Assembly (NCBI GenBank): GCA_000165425.1
Contig: CT867989.1
Span: 62,001 to 126,000 of the forward strand
Length of the DNA stretch: 64,000 nt
From: Paramecium tetraurelia
Taxonomy: Eukaryota
Direction: 5' to 3'
Positions 1 through 10,471 of the stretch are shown piece after piece; the first letter of the stretch is position 1, and every line of letters begins with the position of its first letter. The notes under the pieces are model-generated. The model worked only from the letters and a program-made list of their open reading frames with translations. It did not search any database and had not been told where the DNA came from. Made by a program: the position numbers and the translations under genes.

Positions 1-573
1 TTCTCACATGTCTCACTGACAAATAAGTTCTTCTCATCATGACTCAAAGCCAAACCACTTGGATGGGCTAAACATCTGTATGCTAAGGCAGTTGGCTTGA
101 TTTCTGGACCGTCTACGTCAACCATGAAAACTGAGCCAATTGGGTTTTCAACACTAGTTTCCCCAAAAGGACCTGAATCTGTAAAAAATATTGCATCTAG
201 GATTTAAATCACATTCTCGATTACTTAAGGTGACATACGAGATGATAACTTAATTGGGACCCAAGAAAGGCATTCCTTCATATTCAGTGACAAAATCCTT
301 GGCTCCTTCTTAGAGTTGATTAGTTGATGACAGTTAATTTAATTGCTTGTATGTAATTGCTTGATGTGCCATGTCAGCAATATAGATTACTGTATGATCT
401 CGTTCTATTGTAATTGATGATGGTTGTCCTCCCATTCTGGTGTCAATTTTGAGTTCGTTATTCATTATTAAAATGTCTCCATTCTCAGATACCATATAGA
501 TGGATCCATTGACTTCATGTGGTGAGGAAAGAGGATTTGAAAAAGAGCAAATTTTTTCTGCAGTTACTTACAT
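1..573 (-). CDS. SMP-30/gluconolactonase/strictosidine-synthase-like beta-propeller protein (3' end runs off window)
   Basis: Code-6 translation MQVTAEKICSF...IYIADMAHQAI...EYEGMPFLGPN...IFFTDSGPFGETS...LAHPSGLALSHDEKNLFVSET; one small GT..AG intron near 198-225. Confidence 0.75.
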
Positions 574-1334
574 AAGCAAAATTAATTAATAGTTATTTAT
601 AAACCAAAATCAATTTTTATTCGCAATTCATGAATTTGAAAAAAATCAATAATTTCATCACTTATCATAAATGGAGTAATTTAGGTTTAGATAAAAATAG
701 ATTTTGTTGAAATCATAATACTAAAAATATAGACTATCCTAATTGACAAATTTTTACAACCATTAATAGGAGAATATCATTGGAATTCTCATTTACTTGC
801 TAAAGAGAATTTCCTACAGTTCTAATATTCATCATTGATGTATTTTACAATTATCGATGTTCTGATTTATATATTGTTATCAGATTATAGGCAGTGTAAG
901 AATCATTTAGAAACCTTTTGTTTGGTTTTAGAGATGTAGCTTTTTATTGGAGATTTGATCTAATGTATATAACTTTGAAGAAATAATAATAATTATTGTC
1001 TTAGATGAAGAATATTTCTAACTCCTTTAATAATGGTAAATGTAATGTTTGAACATCAAATGAAGATAAAAGAAAGTTCAAATACTGATATCGAATACCA
1101 TTTTAAGAATTGCCTTGCTACTTTGATAGTTTAATTGTTTTTCTGATGAGTCAAATGCGAACGATTATTTGTAATGATTTCGGAAAGTGCATAAATAAGG
1201 TAGAAATATCAAGCAATTGGAGTTATGAGGCTTAATGAGGTTGTTTTGCTTTTGGGAGTATTGGAGATTAAACTATTAATTTGATATTGGTTTTATATAA
1301 TTAAAAAATTAAATTAAAATGTGTTTTTCCACAT

Positions 1335-1349
1335 GTTCTAGAATATTCA
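1335..1349. promoter_or_regulatory. Heat-shock element (nTTCnnGAAnnTTCn) upstream of BiP
   Basis: gTTCtaGAAtaTTCa: three alternating nGAAn units about 70 bp before the Hsp70 ATG. Confidence 0.6.
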
Positions 1350-1415
1350 ACATATATATTTTTAAGAAAAGTTAAAAGAAAATTAATATTATTTATTTTT
1401 CACACGTCACAAATT

Positions 1416-3450
1416 ATGAAAACAATTATCCTCGTCGTACTTCTACTCGGAGCATGGGCATAGGAAAAGTCAAACAAAGTTGAATGCCCTGTCATTGGTA
1501 TTGATTTGGGAACAACATATTCATGTGTTGGAATTTACAAAAATGGAAATGTCGAAATCATTCCAAACGAATAAGGAAACAGAATTACACCCTCAGTTGT
1601 AGCATTTACAGATGAAGAACGTCTCATCGGAGAAGCTGCCAAAAACTAAGCAGCCATCAACCCTACCAGAACACTCTACGATGTCAAGAGATTGATTGGA
1701 AGAAAGTAAGAATATTAATCTTATAGTATTTTAGATTCACAGATTCCACAGTCCAATATGATAAAAAGTTTATGCCATATGATATCGTTGATAAGGACAC
1801 CAAACCATACATTAAAGTCACCAACATCAAGGGTCATCAATCCAAGATCTTTTCCCCTGAAGAAATTTCAGCTATGGTTTTGACCAAAATGAAGGAAATC
1901 TCAGAAACCTATTTGGGAAAGAAAGTTATTAATGCAGTTGTCACAGTGCCTGCCTATTTCAATGATGCTTAAAGACAAGCTACCAAAGATGCAGGAACCA
2001 TCTCAGGTTTGAATGTTGTGAGAATTCTCAATGAACCAACAGCAGCAGCTATTGCCTATGGTCTTGATAAGAAGGATGGAGAAAAGAACATCTTGGTCTT
2101 CGATTTAGGAGGTGGTACTTTTGATGTTTCCATCTTAACTATTGATAATGGTGTCTTTGAAGTCGTTGCCACTTCAGGAGATACTCACTTGGGAGGTGAA
2201 GATTTTGATCAAAGAATCATTGATCATTTCATCAAGGTCATCAAGAAGAAGCACAATAAAGATATCAGTGCTGACAAGAGAGCCATCCAAAAATTAAAGA
2301 GAGAAGTCGAAAAATCAAAGAGAGCTCTCTCAGCAACCCATGAAACTAAAATCGAAATTGAAGATTTAGTCGATGGTTTGGACTTCAATGAAGTACTCAC
2401 CAGAGCTAAGTTTGAAGAATTGAACAATGATCTCTTCAAGAAGACCACTGGTCCCATGTAAACTGCTTTGGAAGACTCTAAATTCAAAAAGACTGAAATC
2501 CACGAAATCGTTTTGGTTGGAGGATCAAGCAGAATTCCAAAGATTAGATAAATTGTTAAGGATTTCTTCAATGGAAAGGAAGCCAACACTGGTATCAATC
2601 CAGATGAAGCTGTTTGCTATGGTGCTGCCATCCAAGGAGGTATCATCTGTGGTGAAGAATCCAATGAAACTAAAGGTTTGATCGTTATCGATGCTACTCC
2701 TTTGAGTTTGGGTATTGAAACAGTTGGTGGAGTCATGACTAAAATCATTCCAAAGGGATCTTACATTCCAACCAAAAAGTCTCAAGTCTTCACTACTTAT
2801 CAAGATCAATAATAAACAGTTACCATCTCAGTTTTTGAAGGAGAAAGACCACTTGTTAAAGACAATCACAAGTTAGGAACTTTCGATTTGACAGGTATCC
2901 CACCAGCTCCAAGAGGAACTCCTTAAATTGAAGTTACTTTCGAAATTGATGCTAATGGTATCCTCCAAGTTGCTGCCCAAGATAAGGGAACAGGAGTCAA
3001 GAATCAAATTGTTATCACCAACGATTCAGGAAGATTATCAAAGGAAGAAATCGACAAGATGTTGAGAGAAGCTGAAGAGTTTGCTGAATAAGATAAAACC
3101 GCTAAGGAAAGAATTGACGCCAAGAACTCTTTGGAAAGTTACATCTACTCAATGAAGAACCAAATTGAAGTATTATTCTATATCTATCATTTTAGGATCC
3201 AGAAAAGTTGGCTAACAAATTGTCTGATGATGATAAGGATACTATTAAGGATGCATTGAAGGACAGCTAAGATTGGTTAGATAAAAATCAAAATGGAGAA
3301 AAAGAAGACTATGAAGAAGAACTTAAAGAATTAGAAAAGTATATTATTAATATATTCTTTAGAATCTGCAATCCAATCATTAGTAAAGTTTACTAGTAAT
3401 CTGGAAAATAACAATAAGCATCAGATGACGACTATGATTCCGATTTATGA
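1416..3450 (+). CDS. HSPA5: ER-luminal Hsp70 (BiP/GRP78)
   Basis: Signal peptide [51 protein letters not shown] motifs; introns 1706-1734, 3170-3195, 3339-3362; ends ...[11 protein letters not shown]. Confidence 0.96.
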
Positions 3451-3767
3451 TTTATGTATATTTCTGTGTGTTTTGAATTAATTATTCAGTTAAACTAAAG
3501 CTTTCTAGTACAAATTATTAAATTTAAATGTAAATTAATGGAAAATTCTGTTTCCATATTAATAAATTAATTAATTCTACTTTATGAATGAAATATCAGA
3601 TTACATAAAAGTGACAAGAAATTATTGATGTATATTGAGTATTAATAAACGTATTGTAGATAATTTTATTATTAATGGATCCAAGTATTGATTCATTTAA
3701 TCTTATTATTATATTTCAATTAAATGAATAATTAGAAAAATGTCAATGTGAGATTATGTATTTATGA

Positions 3768-4895
3768 TCACACTTTTGTTAAGCAAATGCAATTATAATC
3801 TCTTCCCCTGAGTTCCTGGTTTTTGATGTTCTCTGCCCTCAGTGATGCAGCTCTACTAATTTTATCGACTCCTCCGAACAATCTTTATTATGTATTTTAA
3901 CCAGGATTGATAGCTTCTTTTATGCATCCATTTTGAATCCATTTCAAAGGTACTACACAGGGTATTAGCCTAACACTCTGGTATGATTGATTTGAGTTAG
4001 AGTATCATCATATTTTCTATTATCAAATTCGATATTAGGATTGGCACTTGCATATTTTTCCAATGCTTAAGTTATTTTAGTAATTATACATTAATATCTA
4101 TTGATTGAATGGATCATTCTATTTTCTTATTTCTGCTTATATTTTTGATGCTCATCTTTGTACAATTCAGAATTTTCAATGGTAGGATTGTCAATTCCAA
4201 TTATTCCTGATCTAATATTACAAATTCTTCTACTTGTAGGCTTGTCTGATTTTTCTGTAGGCCTTGTTAGCTTCACCAAATTCTTCTCGCCATTAATGAA
4301 ATCTATATGATTGATCTAATTTACTTTTTTTGCTATTCTTATGTTTCTCTGAGTTCAGCCAGATACCCTGATGGCTTTTTGAGTGTGATTACTTAGGACA
4401 AGGCGAGATTTTGTTCTACATAGTTTTTTTCAGGGATTTCCAATCTCTTCCTTATAACTTCTTGTGAATGATTGACTGGATGATCAGAGACAATATGATT
4501 AATTTTGCTCATGTTCAAGTAATCAATATATTCTGGAATTATTCGAGGTTGTTGTCTACGAAAAAAGAAACTCTGATTCTAACCACTCCCAACAAAAACT
4601 GCTTGGTTGTCAAGATCTTAGGTTTATCTCATGCTTGAGTATTTGCTCTATTTGAGGAAGGTGTCTAGGTGTTTAGCATCCCAACTGCTTCCGGACAGTG
4701 AACTCTGATTCTCGTCAATCAAAGGCTAACTAATAACATTCAAGCAATGTGAAACTTCATTGATCTAGATAATCCAGGTTGAACACTGGGCATCATCTTC
4801 ACTGTTTTAGTTTGGGCTTCGTGTTCCATTCTATAAAATTCGCGAAAATTGTTCCTTCCAACATCTTATATCTTCTCCTTCTATCTAAATAACAT
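3768..4895 (-). CDS. Hypothetical protein (apparent frame break near 3945)
   Basis: MLFRQKEKIQDVGRNNFREF... stays open under code 6 after three small introns; coding-like composition continues to ...ELRGRDYNCICLTKV-TGA in another frame. Confidence 0.55.
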
Positions 4896-4982
4896 TTAAT
4901 ATCGTGATTTTATATTATACCTAACAAGTTACAATACTGCTGTATTATATTTTAGTTCACTCTCGCTTATATTCCTAATTAG

Positions 4983-4987
4983 CCAAT
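4983..4987 (+). promoter_or_regulatory. CCAAT box in the 153-bp divergent spacer before H2B
   Basis: agCCAATca about 65 bp upstream of the H2B ATG; CCAAT boxes are common in histone promoters. Confidence 0.35.
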
Positions 4988-5048
4988 CAAATTGCAGAAT
5001 AGACACATTAAGTATTGAGTATTCAAGTTTATTTTCAAATTAATAAAA

Positions 5049-5426
5049 ATGGCACCATCAAAATCACCAAAGGCAGACGCCGCAAAAAAGACAGTCAAGA
5101 CAGTCAAGACCAAGAAGGGCTCAGATGACAAGAAGAAGGCAAGAAGACGATAAGAGACTTTCGCTCTCTATATCTACAAGGTCTTGAGATAAGTCCACCC
5201 AGAAATTGGTGTTTCAAGAAAAGCTATGAACATTATGAACTCATTCATCAACGATATCTTCGATAGAATTGCCCTTGAAGCTAGCAAATTGGTCAGATTT
5301 AACAAGAGAAGAACCCTCAGTTCAAGGGAAATCCAAACAGCAGTCAAGTTGCTCCTCCCAGGAGAATTGGCCAGACATGCCATCTCTGAAGGAACAAAGG
5401 CCGTCACCAAATACACAAGTGGTTGA
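5049..5426 (+). CDS. H2B: Histone H2B
   Basis: [14 protein letters not shown]...[41 protein letters not shown]...AVTKYTSG; intronless, with two TAA=Gln codons inside the conserved fold. Confidence 0.98.
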
Positions 5427-5711
5427 CTTATAAAATTTAATTCACATCAAATTAAAAATACCTCCATTTTCCCATTTTCACACAATTTATTCACACCCTA
5501 TTCCCCTCCAAAACAAGAGTGTTTCTTTTCCAATCTCCCCATCTTAACACATGAGTTTTGAAGTACTAACAAAAATATCCAAATTTTAGAAATTCTCAGC
5601 AATACCCTTCCATACTATTTCGAATCAAATAATGAATTTCACATAAATAACAGATAAAATAAAGAAATTTATATTCCCTAAATATTATTAAAAATAATTT
5701 TCATAAAAATT

Positions 5712-6116
5712 ATGGGATTATAATCAAGAATTGGAAGATTAGGTATATTCATTTTCTTTGTTGGATTTGCCATTCATTAATTACAGAACCCCAAAACAGC
5801 AATTACATAAACGCATGAAAAAACAAATCAGTTTCTTTAACTCATTGCATAATTAACAAAAAGCCCATCGATAGTAAACTTTATTAATTATTTTTAGTAA
5901 TTTTCATTGGAATCAATACCTCTAGTTGTATTTAGCTGTGCTGTATTGAAATTTTTAGTAGGCCTTGGTGTACTACTTAAATGGAATTATGTAAAATTCA
6001 TTGGATCCATCTATTTACTTTCAGCTATATTTGTTGTACATAATCCAATATTTTCATAATCATATAAAGATTCCATCATGTTTGTAGGAGCATTAGGAGC
6101 ATTACAATTTGCTTGA
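5712..6116 (+). CDS. Small multi-pass membrane protein (HR-lesion/DoxX-like)
   Basis: MGLQSRIGRLGIFIFFVGFAIHQL...FLVGLGVLL...IFVVHNP...VGALGALQFA; probable 24-nt intron near 5874-5897. Confidence 0.6.
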
Positions 6117-6745
6117 TTTATAAAAGTTAAAATAAATAGATTGTACAATTAAATTACATTTGAAAAACCTATCTTAATCTTATTGATACTCCTCTCTATA
6201 TTTCAATTAAATTAGGAAGGATAATCTTATAATACAATAATAATATGCCAAATAGTTGTTTCATATAATTGATATGAATAGGTTTTACATAAAATTAAAT
6301 TCTCAAATTCTTTGTCTAAATTTCTAAAATGAAAATCTTCAAAATATCTTTTTACAATCTATTTTTCTTCTTATCCTCTCCTTTATTTTATCAAATTTTT
6401 AAGTCAATATCTTATGGGAGTCCTACAGATGTTCAATAATCAATATTGCATTATAATATCAAAATTCTGACATATAAACTTTCAATATAAGACTCAAAAT
6501 CATTGCTTTTAGTTTGATTACACAACTATTATAATAACCCATTCTAATTGTATGTGAATTATTGGAGAAAGTAATTTACAACATTGACAGAACTGGTCTA
6601 AAATAATGTTTCTAAACTATTAATAAATGATAACATTTAATTAATCTACTTTGTGGAGTAAAAAGTTGGATCTCTGAAGTACAAGTTTGAAACATATTTT
6701 ATATTATTAGAATTAAATTTCTCCTTGAATAAATAATAATAATTT

Positions 6746-9700
6746 ATGAAATTAGTGAAACCGCCTCTCTAGGTAAGAGAAAAATAATGGGACAATCGTT
6801 TTTATTTGGGAAAGCTGAGTGATCACGAAATTAAGAAATAGTTTATGATTAAGAAGAAATCAGTAAAAAGACCTACATCTACAAATAAAATTGTGGTCGA
6901 TGAAAAATCATTAGCAATACGACTTTATGAATTATAATTATTGTGGGAATAATTCCGTATTCCTCAATTTCATAGGGCCTACTTTCTTCAATATAATGAA
7001 AAAGATCTTGAAGCTATTTTAAGAGAAACTGCTGAAATCAAGTTGAAGTAATCCATAGTACAAAAGCTAATGAGCTTGGTGAAAGGCAGGGAGAGATGTT
7101 TGAATTATTTGAAAACTGAAACATTTGAAGAACATAAATTCTCAGAACTTTTATTTCATCTCAGAATTTTAACAGTCAATGTTATTGAGCAATTTAAAAA
7201 ATGGAGAGATTCCCTCAATAGATGTGTTCGCTGGAGAATAGACGAAGTAGATTATCTCGTTAAATTAAGAGGAGATATTGATTTTCTAAAAGAATTTTAT
7301 TAAGATTACCAAAGAGACCCATTTTTGTTATGGCTCTACAAATTAGGAAAGAATGACCCAGTCCATTCAAATTACCATCAATTGCAGAAGGACATGATGA
7401 AAAGAATTCGTGATTGGTATTCATAAACAATTATATTTTCAGCGAAATTTTACTCATAGAGAATGATTACTTTGACATGTAAACCAACATTTTATCGAGA
7501 AAGGAAGCTCAATTGATAAATAAATATCTCAGAGAATCAACACTACAAATGGAAGACTAAAAAAGTTTGGAGTTAAAAATTTTGAGTCCAAATCATAAAC
7601 AGACTAAGACAGTTTAAATTTAGGATAATCTGACTTTTGTTCCATAAGTTGTAAGAAATAAAGAGCAATTCACTAAATTGTTGAATTAAATAAAAAATGA
7701 CGGCGACATTGAGTGCTCATTTCCAATAAGGGACAATTTATTTGAATTGATTGACTATTAGGATTCACAAATCCTAGCCTTTATGCAGCATTCAAAAATA
7801 AAAGGTATCTGCATTAGTTCGAATGAACAGTCTGAATAATATAGAAAAGTCATTATTGAATAAATTAAATTAGAAAATATGTAACTGTTTCCTCAATTCA
7901 TCTAATAAATAAGTGATTATTTACCTGGAAATGAAATTACTATCAAACTGGTTCATTATATTTAAAATGAAAAATTGATTGATTGTGAATATTTAAAAGT
8001 TGCTCTAAAACAAGAAGGATTTAGATGGAAGCAGTAGACAAATGATAGTGAAAAAAATATCAGATATACAATTTATTATAAGAAGAAGGAATATCAGAAG
8101 TAATAGATGAATCAATTTACATTTAATTTCCATGTTCATAGCACAAAACTAAATTAATTGATGCAATTAGTGTATAATAATATCACTGACAGCACTGATG
8201 TAGCTTAAAAATTTAAACGTTATGTTGATTCAAGAAAAACTGAACATAATCCCCCTCAAATAAAATTGAAACCCAATATTTAAGATGATCGGGTGGTTTT
8301 ATTAGATATAAAATTTAAATTACCATCCTTTAGAACAGAAGTGAGGAATGAGTATAAATATTACAGAATTGTATTTAAATTATTCATAATTAGATTTAAG
8401 ATCCTGAAATAAGTAATATATATTTTACCGAAATCGATGGATAAATAATTTATGCTTTATCTTTATTGGACAATGATTATTATATCCTTATTTCTAAGGA
8501 TCAAATCAATCATGAAACGATTTAAATATCTTAGTTTTAACCAACAGAATAGGATCTCTCAATACCAATGTTTTATTACAAAGATGAAATTGCTGATGTT
8601 TTTAATCATCATGTCAATTTGTAATTTGAGCACCTAATGGCAGTCAAAAGAAATGCGAATAAAGAAAAATAATCCATCGAAATAGCACCAGATTCCTTTT
8701 ATTTCTCCATTTTGTACGATAGCCATATGATAAACTCCTTCAAAATTAAGCAACATCATTTAATTAAATTTAAGCCATTGAAGTCATCAGTCATGATCAG
8801 TGATGATATTAAGTTTGATAAATCTAAATTTGTTATACCCTGTTTGCCCTTAATCCTTAAAAACCTAGAACCTGAGCCTTTAAAAATCATGATCAAGAAT
8901 CATGAATGCATTTGTGCTTTAGATAATTATGCAAATTTCAGAAAGTGGATTATTTATACGATTGTTGGTTGCCAAGAGAATTAATTGAAGGATGTGCTTG
9001 AATAGTTACTAACCTAGTTGACTCTAATTGATCCGAATATTCAAGAAGTTGGTATTGAGTAATTTTTATGAATAATTTTAGCTTTTATCATGAAATGGTG
9101 AATGGAGAATATACAGTTAATAAAAACATCTAGAAATAACTTACATCTCTTGGGTTCAAGTGGAAAATTCAAGTTAACGAAGCAAATGAACACACAAGAT
9201 TTACTAAATATTCTTTAAAGTTACAGAGAGAAACATAGGTAGTTGATAACGTAGTGATTCAATATTTTTGTACTTAAGACTTTGCAGACGTCAATGTTTA
9301 GCCCCTAATTTAATAGTTTTCGATATTTTATCAAACTTTGACTCAATCTCAATTAGTTGTAAAGAGGGTATCATATTCATCTATAATTTATAGAACAATT
9401 TAATTCCCTTTTCAAAGTACTATAATAAGGACATTCCCCCTGAATTATAGGCTGATTAAATGCTAGAAACCAAAATTTCATAAATTTTATAGAATTGCAA
9501 GTATGGAACAAAAAACAAAGTTGATTACATCATTTTTAATGTAAATGTAATTATTAATATTAAGAGCTAAGTTATTACAAGCAATAAGCATCCAGAATTG
9601 GGAACTATCTACTTTATTTAACTCTTTGACATCGTCCTCTGTTTCTATCAATTGGAGAAGGAACTTAATACTGAACAAATAGCCAATTTGATTTAATAAG

Positions 9701-9950
9701 TATTTATTTCCTATATGATTAGTCTACAAGCGATGAGAATGAAAAATAAGAAAGCTTAGGTGTTGAGTTCATTCAATACAGCAAAGCAGGTAGCAATTAC
9801 TCGATGGAGATCAACTTAAATACAGAGAAACGCATTACGATAGAGACTTAAGATTTTAAAACAATATCGAAACCTTACTTTATTGGTGTAATTGAGCCTA
9901 ATTGGTACGAGAAACATAATTAGATGATTGCATCTATGATAATTTTATGA
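6746..9950 (+). CDS. Large hypothetical protein (~1000 aa) with an internally duplicated module
   Basis: MKLVKPPLQVREKQWDNRFYL... open under code 6 with several tiny introns to ...QMIASMIIL-TGA; repeated G-F-(R/K)-W-K...R-(Y/F)-T motif. Confidence 0.7.
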
Positions 9951-10471
9951 AATTTATTTTATAATGTTAATTGATAAAGAGACTTTTAAGAATTGTTGAA
10001 TTATAATTTAAATGGTTTATTTAATTTCTTTTAAATCTAAATTGTTGATTTCTGATCATTATTTGATTATCTATAAATTTCATAGAAGTTTAAAATAAAA
10101 TGATGGAACCATTAATTAAATTTAAGATACATTTATTAAAATAAGTAATTCAAGAATTGCTTAAAATTCTTGGCCCTACTAATAAATTTTAATAGTTTTG
10201 CAAAACGAGTTTAAGAATTTATGTTTATTAAATAAAATTTAATATTTTTATAATAACTAATAAATACATCCTTATCCAAACTTAAAAATACATACATAGA
10301 TTATAAAATTTGATTATAATAATATTATTAAATCATACAAATATTATTGATTTTGCACTTCTAATTAAATAATAATATACATATAATGAAAGTATATTTA
10401 TTCATTTATCAATAAAATTGAAAAATTTTCAATATAAATTCGATTAGTAATAAATTTGAAGATTTGGAAAT

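Noticed and set aside
671..838. Short code-6 ORF (MEQFRFRQKQ...) between the SMP-30-like gene and BiP
   Set aside because: Only 55 codons and no recognisable motif; such ORFs arise easily when TGA is the only stop.
2224..2809. Antisense and alternate-frame ORFs over BiP (similar ones over H2B, RPS12 and the synthase)
   Set aside because: Shadow ORFs of conserved genes with no motifs of their own; artefacts of standard-code calling.
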